Positions 43,010 through 50,765 of a DNA stretch of 64,000 bases are shown in pieces. Below the pieces are notes generated by a model. That model had not been told where the DNA came from. It saw only the letters and a list, made by a program, of their open reading frames with translations, and made no database searches. The position numbers and the translations under genes were made by a program. Each line of letters begins with the position of its first letter. Position 1 is the first letter of the stretch. The DNA comes from a virus: IMG/VR virus record IMGVR_UViG_3300022309_000001, positions 1 through 64,000 of that record. One strand, given 5' to 3'.

Positions 43010-44476
43010 ATGGCGATTCAAGACACGAGGAAGGACAAGACGATGGCGGACGACGGACCGAAGCTGGATCGCTGGGAAGAGGAGCAACTTGCGGCCATCG
43101 CGCGCGACGCCGTGGATGTCGTGCGCAACAAGATGCTGCACCAGCACGCGGCAGAAGCGGAGCGGGACAAGGAGCGCGCTCGGGCAGAGGCAGCTGAGAA
43201 GCGCGCTCAGGAAGCGGAGCGGCGGGCCGGCGTGGCCGAGAAGACGGTTGGGAATATCCGCACAGCTCTAGGCATGCAACTGTTGCACGTTGACGCTGAG
43301 GCGGTTGAGATGATCGACGCCCTGAAGGCGCGCTTCGACGGTGCAGAGCGTATCGCATCACAGTGGCGGAAGGTCGCCGAAGGGCTCGTGCGGGAGTTGG
43401 ACCAAGCGCGTGAAGCGAACGCACGGCTTGTGAACCGGATACACGACATTCGCCAACTTGTCGGCGGGGAAGAGGACTTGGTTGAGGGCATTCGCGCCCT
43501 CAAGGCGCGCTGCGAAGGAGCCGAGCGGGCGGCGAGCACGATGGACGGCAGCGCGTACGTCCACGGGGTTGAGCGCGAGCGGAGCGACTGGCGCGAGCGC
43601 GCCATGGCGGCGGAGGCAGTGCTGGCAGAGCGCAACCCGGATGTCGACCGACTCAAGCGCGAGGACGCGTCCCTCCGGGACCGCATCCAAGAGTACGAGG
43701 TGGCCTTCGCCGCCATCAACCGGGCGCTGGACGGCTGCGATACGCGGCTGGACGCGGACAAGGTGGTGGCAAAGATTCGCGCGCTGAAGGACCAGCGCGA
43801 CGACAGCGAGGCGGACTGCATGACCGCGCAAGGGGAGCAGGAGAGTCTAGAAGGCGAGGTTGTGTCTCTTCGGGCGCAGGTCGCTGAGTTGAACGAGACG
43901 ATCAAAGCCACCGCACATGGACCGCTAGCGGCCCTCTTCGAGATTGGTCGCCTGCTCGACAGCGTCGGGCAGCCGTACGCGGTGACAATCGAGAAGATCA
44001 GGGGCCTTCAGGCGCAGGTGGACAGCATCGCTGGCGCCATGGCGACGCTTCTCGGTGTGACCATGCGCCTGGCGCCATACCCGCCGGAGGTTGCTGAGGG
44101 CGTGATTGCCGCATGCGACGTTGCGCGGGAGGCGCTTCCTGAGAAGTGGCGGCCGAAGAGACCGGGCGACGAGAGGATCCTGGAGCTTGGTGACGCTCTC
44201 CGCCTGCAAGATAGGCTGTGCCGGATGCGCACCGTTGGGATGCGGGAGTTGATCGAATCCCTGCCGCCGATCTCGTCGCCAAAGACGGGGCGGTGGAAGT
44301 GCGGAAGATGCACCGATGAACTCTGCGTCAGGAGCCAGGATCTCGTCGGCGAGGAGCGCCAGCCCAAGCCGAAGTGGACGTGGGACGCCGAACACACGTG
44401 CTGGCTTCATTGGTGCTACGGGTGGGGTGGATTCCCAGCCCACCGCATCGGCGACGCTCCAGAGGTGACGCCGTGA
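43010..44476 (+). CDS. large coiled-coil protein with internal repeats and C-terminal Cys/Trp module
   Basis: 488 aa. Repeated MIDALKARFDGAERIAS / GIRALKARCEGAERAAS / KIRALKDQRDDSEADCM / KIRGLQAQVDSIAGAM. C-terminus RWKCGRCTDELC...KWTWDAEHTCWLHWC. Confidence 0.6.
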   Translation: MAIQDTRKDKTMADDGPKLDRWEEEQLAAIARDAVDVVRNKMLHQHAAEAERDKERARAEAAEKRAQEAERRAGVAEKTVGNIRTALGMQLLHVDAEAVEMIDALKARFDGAERIASQWRKVAEGLVRELDQAREANARLVNRIHDIRQLVGGEEDLVEGIRALKARCEGAERAASTMDGSAYVHGVERERSDWRERAMAAEAVLAERNPDVDRLKREDASLRDRIQEYEVAFAAINRALDGCDTRLDADKVVAKIRALKDQRDDSEADCMTAQGEQESLEGEVVSLRAQVAELNETIKATAHGPLAALFEIGRLLDSVGQPYAVTIEKIRGLQAQVDSIAGAMATLLGVTMRLAPYPPEVAEGVIAACDVAREALPEKWRPKRPGDERILELGDALRLQDRLCRMRTVGMRELIESLPPISSPKTGRWKCGRCTDELCVRSQDLVGEERQPKPKWTWDAEHTCWLHWCYGWGGFPAHRIGDAPEVTP

Positions 44477-44670
44477 GCCGGCATCCATGCCCGCAGTGTG
44501 GAGCATCGAAGGTGTGCCACGTCCGGATCGGCAAGATCGGTTACGGATCGTGCCGGGCCTGCGCCGTCGTGCTGCGATGGACCGGACCCGGGTGGCGGAT
44601 CCTCACGGCACGGGAGTGGAAGGGGAAGCCGGACTTGGCGCTCGAAGTGATTCGGAGGGTGACACCGTGA
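44473..44670 (+). CDS. zinc-ribbon protein (CPQC family, copy 1)
   Basis: CPQCG...GSCRACAVVLRWTGPGWRILTAREW; paralogous to 63773..63976. Confidence 0.5.
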   Translation: MSRHPCPQCGASKVCHVRIGKIGYGSCRACAVVLRWTGPGWRILTAREWKGKPDLALEVIRRVTP

Positions 44671-44713
44671 GCGCACCCGAGCCGATGGCTCCGCTCCGAG
44701 AGCCGGAGGGCAC

Positions 44714-44833
44714 ATGACAACCACGGTGCCGCTGTACGCAGCCGTAGCCTGGGCAAGCCTGGCTTGTGCGGCAGGCGTGGTGCTCGGGATGTTGCTTGAG
44801 GCATGGAGGGCAAGAAGTCAGACACGCCAGTGA
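44714..44833 (+). CDS. unlisted 39-aa single-TM peptide
   Basis: MTTTVPLYAAVAWASLACAAGVVLGMLLEAWRARSQTRQ. Linked to 44473..44670 through a 16-codon GTGA/ATGA-coupled micro-ORF at 44667-44717. Confidence 0.3.
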   Translation: MTTTVPLYAAVAWASLACAAGVVLGMLLEAWRARSQTRQ

Positions 44834-44855
44834 CAGCTACTGGAAGGAGAAGCAA

Positions 44856-45074
44856 GTGGAAGGAAGCAACAGGCAGAGCCCGCTGCTCAAGGCGGCAATC
44901 GAGGCGAGGGAGAGAGAGCAATACCAGGCCAGATCCGAACAGGGCTGGCGCCCTACCTGCCGGTACTGTGGCCGGAGAGTGGTAGGCGACGAAGAAGACT
45001 CCGGCGCCCATGAGGGCTGCGCACGACAGGCCAGGGTGAGCGGCGTACAGCTTCGACTTGATGGGATGAGGTGA
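44856..45074 (+). CDS. hypothetical protein
   Basis: GTG 44856 after GGAAGGAGAAGCAA; 72 aa with CRYCG. Confidence 0.4.
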   Translation: MEGSNRQSPLLKAAIEAREREQYQARSEQGWRPTCRYCGRRVVGDEEDSGAHEGCARQARVSGVQLRLDGMR

Positions 45075-46678
45075 ACGTGGCGACAAGACGACTGAAGATT
45101 AGCGACGTGGACGAGAACGACGTGGAGGTGCAGGAGAAGGAGCAGATGACCTACTTCCAGCACGGAGATCTCCGCCCAGCCCCGGGCAACCGAAGCAACT
45201 TCAACCCAGACAAGCTCGAGGAGTTGGCCATCTCGATTGCTGGCATTGGCCTCATTCATGCGCTGCTGGTACGCCCCATCCCGGGCGGGCACGAGATTGT
45301 GGCCGGCGAGAGGCGCTGGAGGGCCTGGACGCGGGCGGGTGTCCTGCGCGCCGAGTTGAACCAGAAGCGAGCGCAGGAAGGAGAGCAGGCGCTTCCGGCA
45401 CTGGACACCGTGCCGTGTGTTGTGCGCGTCATGTCCGATGAGCAAGCAATCCAGGCCCGCTGCGTGGAGAACGCGCAGCGCGAGGACGTGACGCCGCTCG
45501 ACGAGGCGCACGCCTACCAGGAGCTGGTGGCGCTCGGGCGCACGCAGGCGGACGTGGCCGCCATGGTGGGCAGGACGCGGGTGCATGTCAGCGAGCGCCT
45601 CAGCCTGTTGCGGCTGTGCCCGGAGGCGGTCGAGATGCTGACTGACGGGAGGTTGCCAGTCACGCACTGCACCTTGCTGTCTTCGCTGCCGGGACACGCT
45701 ACCCAGCGGGAGGCGCTGGCCGCGCTGGTGACTGGCAAGCCCAAGCCTCCGCCCGCGCGCGCCTTCCAGCACGCGCTCCAGGAGCGCTACTTCTGCCGGC
45801 TCAGCGGATCGACCTTCTCGCTGAAGGACGTGAAGCCGTGGCCAGAGCGAGGCGCCTGCACCGCATGTCCGAAGCGCGCCGGAAACTGCCGAGAGCAGTA
45901 CCCCGGAATCCACGATGACAACATCTGCGTGGATCCGCCATGCTTCCACGAGAAGCTGAAGATCGCGACCTCGCACCGCATCGCCCAGGCCCAGAAGTCC
46001 GGCGCGGAGATACTGCCGCCGGCAGCGCTGGACGGACTGCTGAAGGGCAAGAAGCTCCGCCCGGAAGCCCCATACGTCGAGCTGTCCAGCCTGGTGCCGC
46101 AGGACAAGAGCGGACGCACCTGGGCCACGGTGGCGAAGCAGGCCAAGAAGATCGGCGCAGCTCCCAAGGCGCTGGCGGCCGTCACACCGTCCGGGCGAGT
46201 CATGATGGTGGCCGAGAAGGCTAAGATGGTGGAGGCCCTCGCGGCGCTGAGCGGAGCATCGAAGCAGACCAGCCCGGAGCGCCAGGCGCCCCCATCCGGT
46301 GCGTCCAACTCGGCGCGAGCCATCGAGTCGGTGTGCCGCACCGTGGCGCTGGCGGCTGCCAAGCGGGCCGGAGAGCACGGGCTGTCACAGACGTTGCTCC
46401 AGCTCGCCGCCGAGTCGATGGCGGCCTCCGGGCTTGACACTGAAGGGGCCACGAGCCTCGTTACGGCAATCGCCAAGGCCAAGGACTACGACTTCAAGAC
46501 AGCGCTCGGCCGCCTCGGAGTCGCGGACTTGCAGGCCGTCATCGCGGTCCTGGCGATCGAGTTCGCCAGCGGCTTCGAGGCCCCACAGGACGGGCAGCTG
46601 CCAGCGATCATCAAGTCGCTAGCCGCGCAGCTCAGACTGGACACGGACAAGATGCTGCAAGAGGCGGCCGGAGAGTAG
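45071..46678 (+). CDS. ParB/Spo0J-family protein (ParB N-terminal domain plus HTH, extended C-terminus)
   Basis: GLIHALLVRPIPGGHEIVAGERRWRA, ENAQREDVTPLDEAHAY and GRTQADVAAMVGRTRVHVSERLSLLRL. Confidence 0.75.
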   Translation: MNVATRRLKISDVDENDVEVQEKEQMTYFQHGDLRPAPGNRSNFNPDKLEELAISIAGIGLIHALLVRPIPGGHEIVAGERRWRAWTRAGVLRAELNQKRAQEGEQALPALDTVPCVVRVMSDEQAIQARCVENAQREDVTPLDEAHAYQELVALGRTQADVAAMVGRTRVHVSERLSLLRLCPEAVEMLTDGRLPVTHCTLLSSLPGHATQREALAALVTGKPKPPPARAFQHALQERYFCRLSGSTFSLKDVKPWPERGACTACPKRAGNCREQYPGIHDDNICVDPPCFHEKLKIATSHRIAQAQKSGAEILPPAALDGLLKGKKLRPEAPYVELSSLVPQDKSGRTWATVAKQAKKIGAAPKALAAVTPSGRVMMVAEKAKMVEALAALSGASKQTSPERQAPPSGASNSARAIESVCRTVALAAAKRAGEHGLSQTLLQLAAESMAASGLDTEGATSLVTAIAKAKDYDFKTALGRLGVADLQAVIAVLAIEFASGFEAPQDGQLPAIIKSLAAQLRLDTDKMLQEAAGE

Positions 46679-46694
46679 GCAGAGCGTAGCAAGC

Positions 46695-46712
46695 GCGGGG
46701 CTTCGGCCCCGC
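46695..46712 (+). terminator. perfect GC hairpin after the ParB gene
   Basis: GCGGGGC-TTCG-GCCCCGC followed by TT. Lies 17 nt after the stop codon. Confidence 0.5.
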
Positions 46713-46732
46713 TTCACCAGGGAGGAGACGAC

Positions 46733-47137
46733 GTGAGAATCAGGGCAACAATCGCATGCGCTGTGGCAGTCGTGTTGATGGGCACATCCGGAACGTGCGG
46801 CAATGGGGTGATGAATCTGCGACACACCGCAGACAGCCCCTACTGGCCGGCCACCATCGGCGAGAATCTCCAGTGCTGGGAATGGCAGACTCCGGATGGC
46901 ATGCTTGTCACGATTGAGATCGACAATAGGACGGACGTGTCCGGCTACTACGTGACGGACAGCTCCGGCGATGTCGTTGGAAGGATGGTGAAGATCGACT
47001 GCAAAGAGGTGCGCGGCTCGAGGACGGTGTACCTGTCGGACGGAGGCTCGTCCAAGCAGACACGCCGCTACCGGGGGCGCGTCACCTGGCCTTGCCAGAT
47101 GTGGCCCATCCTGCCCGGAGGCAAGTGCAAGGAGTAG
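46733..47137 (+). CDS. secreted protein or lipoprotein (moron)
   Basis: Signal-like MRIRATIACAVAVVLMGTSGTCG. Lower GC than its surroundings. Flanked by hairpins on both sides. Confidence 0.55.
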   Translation: MRIRATIACAVAVVLMGTSGTCGNGVMNLRHTADSPYWPATIGENLQCWEWQTPDGMLVTIEIDNRTDVSGYYVTDSSGDVVGRMVKIDCKEVRGSRTVYLSDGGSSKQTRRYRGRVTWPCQMWPILPGGKCKE

Positions 47138-47149
47138 ACAACACGGCGA

Positions 47150-47175
47150 GCCCCGGGGAGAGAGTTCCCCGGGGC
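47150..47175 (+). terminator. GC hairpin after the lipoprotein gene
   Basis: GCCCCGGGGA-GAGAGT-TCCCCGGGGC, a 10-bp stem. Confidence 0.5.
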
Positions 47176-47248
47176 CTGCCGGCCATGGCGAACGGGGAAG
47201 GAGTGCCATTCGTCAACGGCCGAAGCAGACTAGCCGGCTTGCGCGAAG

Positions 47249-47277
47249 TTGGCGAATCAGCACCGACGAGCTAGATT
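47249..47277 (+). promoter_or_regulatory. candidate promoter TTGGCG-N17-TAGATT
   Basis: Hexamers with a 17-nt spacer, 20 nt upstream of ATG 47297. Confidence 0.3.
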
Positions 47278-47296
47278 CTCGGAACACGGAGAGACC

Positions 47297-47848
47297 ATGA
47301 AGAAGATTCCGAGCGTTTGGAAGCGCGACTTCTCAAAGAAGGGCGCGCCGTACCTGGACGAGGTGGCGCCAGGCTGTGAGTGGGTACTGGCCGGCGAGGG
47401 TGTGGTGACCAGGAAGTGGGACGGAGCAGCGTGCCGCATCGACGATGATGGCATGCTGTGGGCCAGGTACGACGCGAAGCACGGCAAGCAGCCGCCCCAG
47501 GACTTCGAGCCGTGTGGACAGCCAGATTCTGAGACCGGCCACTGGCCTGGGTGGGTGCCAGCCATCAGGCCGCAGGACCAGTGGATCCGGGAGGCGGTGA
47601 AGCCGCTGAGCCCGAAGCGCCCTGGCACCTACGAGGCTGTGGGACCGAAGATCAACGGCAACCCAGAGCGGCTCGAGCAGCATGTCGCCATCCGCCACTC
47701 CGAGTCGGCGCAGTACGCCGACGCACCGCGTACGTTCGACGGGCTGAGGGCATGGCTGGAGCCGCTGGACATCGAGGGCGTGGTCTTCCACCACCCGGAC
47801 GGCAGGATGGCCAAGGCGACCAAGCAGGGCTTCGGGCTCAAGCGATGA
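47297..47848 (+). CDS. ATP-dependent RNA/DNA ligase-like nucleotidyltransferase
   Basis: 183 aa. VVTRKWDGAACRI carries the KxDG adenylylation motif I. Size and layout resemble small phage RNA-ligase-like proteins. Confidence 0.5.
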   Translation: MKKIPSVWKRDFSKKGAPYLDEVAPGCEWVLAGEGVVTRKWDGAACRIDDDGMLWARYDAKHGKQPPQDFEPCGQPDSETGHWPGWVPAIRPQDQWIREAVKPLSPKRPGTYEAVGPKINGNPERLEQHVAIRHSESAQYADAPRTFDGLRAWLEPLDIEGVVFHHPDGRMAKATKQGFGLKR

Positions 47849-47859
47849 CTTCCAGGCAC

Positions 47860-47896
47860 CTGCACGAAAGTTCAAACCTTTTGAACTTCAGTGCAG
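47860..47896. repeat. palindromic element, copy 1
   Basis: CTGCACGAAAGTTCAAACCTTTTGAACTTCAGTGCAG forms a 15-bp interrupted stem. Starts 12 nt after the ligase-like stop. Confidence 0.7.
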
Positions 47897-47925
47897 CCAT
47901 GGCGCGCTAGGCCAGCTGTGGCCTG

Positions 47926-47956
47926 CACGAAGGTTCAAACCTGTTGAACGTTCGTG
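47926..47956. repeat. palindromic element, copy 2
   Basis: CACGAAGGTTCAAACCTGTTGAACGTTCGTG. Shares the 20-nt core CCTGCACGAA[A/G]GTTCAAACC with copy 1, 63 bp away. Overlaps the stop of the convergent gene. Confidence 0.7.
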
Positions 47957-48330
47957 AGCCTCTCGCGCACCGCTGACTCCAGCCAGTGCCGTGGCGTCAC
48001 TCCTGCCTCGTCTGCCGCCTGGCGCACCTGCTCGGCCAGCTCTCCGGAGAGGCAGATGACTCCTGGCGTGGCCAGGAAGGCCCCGATGGCTTCCCGGACG
48101 GTTTCCGAGACGTGGCGAGCGCCGGCCCGGCGTTTGAGCGCCTCGGCCATCGGCGGGGAGAGCCGGACGCAGACCTGGGGCGCTGACACCTGGGGACGCG
48201 GCGGCTCATGGACCAGGCGCATCGAGTCCCCGACGCGCTCGAAGGTGCCCACGGCGTCACAGAGCATGCAGCGCAGCGTGCCGCGTGCGGCGTCGTGAGT
48301 CTCGAGGGATGTGTGGGGGCAGTCGGTCAT
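47935..48330 (-). CDS. Zn-finger plus double ribbon-helix-helix DNA-binding protein
   Basis: ATG 48330 (ATGA coupling). CPH...CMLC, then two RHH-like units: VCVRLSPPMAEALKRRAGARHVSETVREAIGAFL and ICLSGELAEQVRQAADEAGVTPRHWLESAVRERL. Confidence 0.55.
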   Translation of the reverse strand: MTDCPHTSLETHDAARGTLRCMLCDAVGTFERVGDSMRLVHEPPRPQVSAPQVCVRLSPPMAEALKRRAGARHVSETVREAIGAFLATPGVICLSGELAEQVRQAADEAGVTPRHWLESAVRERLTNVQQV

Positions 48331-48605
48331 AGGGCCTCCCGGCAATCGCACTGCGGATCCGGACACTCCTCCAACTGCTCATGTCGGAGGCGGTAGATTC
48401 CATCCTCCAGGTTGCTGATCTTCCACTCGGCCGGCCACTCCGCACGGTACGGCAAGCACAGGGTGTGCGGTCCGGATGCCCAGCGCTTGCCGTCTGGAGC
48501 CACAACCTCGTACGCGGTAGCGCCCCGCTCGATGGTGCCGCCCTTGGATGCGACGAGCGCGCGCAGCTCCATCAACAGGCCCTTGATGTGTGGTTTGTGG
48601 TTCAA
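48327..48605 (-). CDS. hypothetical protein
   Basis: 92 aa track ORF. Confidence 0.5.
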   Translation of the reverse strand: MNHKPHIKGLLMELRALVASKGGTIERGATAYEVVAPDGKRWASGPHTLCLPYRAEWPAEWKISNLEDGIYRLRHEQLEECPDPQCDCREAL

Positions 48606-48607
48606 GG

Positions 48608-49102
48608 CTAACGCTCTCCTGTCTTGATCATCTCTGGAGTCTCGGCGGCAGCGTGGCGACCGTCAGTCTTAAGCAACTGGCCGCGCCGGAAAAGGCGCAG
48701 CATGTGAAGGGCGTAGGCGTCGGCATCGCGCTCTGAGAACTGGCCGCGCGCGCCCCAGACGCGCCGGCCGCGCTTGACCTTCCCCTGCCACAGGTGGCGA
48801 AGCTCGTGGGCCAGGACGGCAACCACGGACTCGCGCCGGTTTCCGAGCGCCATCCGCAAGTAGCCGTCGCCGCCCGGCAGCACGCCGCGCGCCTCCGCAT
48901 CGGTCCTGGCGACGGACACGACCACGAAGGGGCAGGCCCGGTCATGGTAACCGGAGCCGTAGGAGTAGGCTCTGCCCCGCGTCCCACGCCCGGCGCGGTT
49001 CGAGATCCGCACATCGAAGCCAGTCACTCCAGGAGGGCACACCGCCCGGATGACGGAGCGGATCCACTCGCTCGGGATGTCGGTGTGGTTCTTGAGTCGC
49101 AT
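48608..49102 (-). CDS. putative zinc metallopeptidase (HExxH)
   Basis: VLAHELRHLWQG contains HExxH. ATG follows GGAGGAG. 164 aa. Confidence 0.5.
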   Translation of the reverse strand: MRLKNHTDIPSEWIRSVIRAVCPPGVTGFDVRISNRAGRGTRGRAYSYGSGYHDRACPFVVVSVARTDAEARGVLPGGDGYLRMALGNRRESVVAVLAHELRHLWQGKVKRGRRVWGARGQFSERDADAYALHMLRLFRRGQLLKTDGRHAAAETPEMIKTGER

Positions 49103-49156
49103 CGTTCTCCTCCGTGTCCCCGGCGCAAGCGGCCGGGGATCGCAGAAATGCCAGCG

Positions 49157-49705
49157 CTACCCCGGCTTCTCTTCGCCCGTCGAGGGTGTAGGCGGGTCGC
49201 CAGCTCCGCCGCGCGGACCGCCCTGGGGCCACCGCTCCCAGTGGGTGGGCTGCCTCGGCTTCGACTTCACCCCCGCGTCCGGCACCGTGGCCGGCGGCGG
49301 ATCCGCGACCGCCACGGGGGCGGCGAGGAGGAGCGCCACGGCCCCGAGAAGCGCCAGCCACGCGATGCGGATGTGGCCGGTCGGCATCGATGCCACCGGC
49401 ATCGTCGGCAACTGGACCAGCCGATACGACTCGGGCTTCGTCCACGCGTCGGGGAAGTGCTCGTCCGGGTAGCCGTGCGTCACCACCACATCGTCCGGCT
49501 GGTCCGCTGGTGCGCGGCGCCGCGCGACGATGGAGCCGCTCAGGAGATCCTCGGGCACCCCGGCCGGGATCTTCTCCGGATCCACGCCCGTCTGTGCGTG
49601 CACCCGGGCGAAGAACCGCTCGCGCGTCTCGTATCCTGCACCCGCCTGCGTCACCATCCGCGCCTGCTCGTCGGTCAATCTCAGCGGCTGGTCCATCGTC
49701 CCCAT
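49157..49705 (-). CDS. C-terminally membrane-anchored protein
   Basis: ATG 49705 after GGAGAG. TM segment IRIAWLALLGAVALLLAAPVAVA, then a Pro-rich tail. Confidence 0.5.
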   Translation of the reverse strand: MGTMDQPLRLTDEQARMVTQAGAGYETRERFFARVHAQTGVDPEKIPAGVPEDLLSGSIVARRRAPADQPDDVVVTHGYPDEHFPDAWTKPESYRLVQLPTMPVASMPTGHIRIAWLALLGAVALLLAAPVAVADPPPATVPDAGVKSKPRQPTHWERWPQGGPRGGAGDPPTPSTGEEKPG

Positions 49706-49819
49706 GGTCTCTCCAAGCCCGCGCCACCGGGCGATGTGCTGGCGTGGTGGTCCGGCAACCGGCCGGACTAACGGGCGCATCCATGGGCGAGTGGGTGGGG
49801 CTGTGGGCCGGCTGGGATG

Positions 49820-50035
49820 CTACGCCCACCGCAGATCGTATCCCGGAGCGGAGTACAGCCGCGCGATGGACTGGACAGCGGCCGAACGGTGGCGGAACGT
49901 CAGGCCGAGCTGGCGCACGGAGCCGTTCGGGAGCATCACACACAGCGCGACGCCATCCTCGAGGTACAGCTCGGCGCGCGAATCGCTATCGAGCTTGATG
50001 GTGGCGATGGTGGCGGTCTGGTCGGTGGTGGTCAT
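49820..50035 (-). CDS. hypothetical protein
   Basis: Internal ATG 50035 of track ORF 49820..50119; 71 aa. Confidence 0.45.
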   Translation of the reverse strand: MTTTDQTATIATIKLDSDSRAELYLEDGVALCVMLPNGSVRQLGLTFRHRSAAVQSIARLYSAPGYDLRWA

Positions 50036-50373
50036 CGTGGGCTCCAGGGTCCGGCGGCTTCGTCGCCGCCATGCCCACCAACAATGCAGCACGCATGCCA
50101 CGCCCAAGCGCTGGCGCAAACGCGCGTAACCACAAGGGACGCCAGAAAGGCCGAACGCACCGTTTGCGCGTCTTTCGGCCGGATGGCCAGCCTGGCGGCT
50201 AAGTGCGCGTAACTACTAGCTGCATAGATTGCGCTCCAGAAGGCCGCTCGCGCAAGTTGCGCGCTAGGCTCTTGGCGCTGCTCTAGTGGTTTCGCGTGGT
50301 TGCGATTGGCACCTAGACTGCAAAGGCTAGCTGCGTGGCTGCCAGGCTGTGGCCCGCTGGAAGGAACTCGACC

Positions 50374-50574
50374 ATGATCACCGACTTCGCGACCCTGTTG
50401 GAGCAGCCCAGCATCACCGCAGCGACCGTCACCTACGGCCAGCTCATCCAGCTCCGGGAGCAGGCGCAGGACGCCGGGGACGAAGACATGGTGGCCGAGT
50501 GCGGCCTGGCGCTGTCGGGCGACACGGCGGCGCTGGAGCGGTGCGCGCAGTTCATTGCGGACATGGAGGAGTAG
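50374..50574 (+). CDS. small acidic protein
   Basis: ATG 50374 after GGAAGGAAC; 66 aa. Confidence 0.5.
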   Translation: MITDFATLLEQPSITAATVTYGQLIQLREQAQDAGDEDMVAECGLALSGDTAALERCAQFIADMEE

Positions 50575-50576
50575 CG

Positions 50577-50765
50577 ATGCAGAGCGACACGTTGCTGGGA
50601 CGGACGTACCTGAGCGTCGGGGCGGTGGAGCGGGCGCCCCGGATGGTGGTGGTGGAGGCGGAGACGCGCGCCTCGGTAACGGTGCGCGACGTGCAGCGGC
50701 CGGCCCTGCGCTGGCTGGTGGCCAGGTGGGCGGACGGGCTGCTGGGCTACCGGGAGGCGTCGTGA
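50577..50765 (+). CDS. hypothetical protein
   Basis: ATG 50577, 3 nt after the upstream stop; 62 aa. Confidence 0.45.
   Translation: MQSDTLLGRTYLSVGAVERAPRMVVVEAETRASVTVRDVQRPALRWLVARWADGLLGYREAS

Noticed and set aside
47870-47945. GGTTCAAACC in the palindromic elements as tRNA T-arm fragments (att core)
   Set aside because: It resembles a T-loop only superficially. No acceptor-stem continuation exists and it does not match the tRNA-Pro 3' half. It is kept only as a weak alternative under the palindrome finding.
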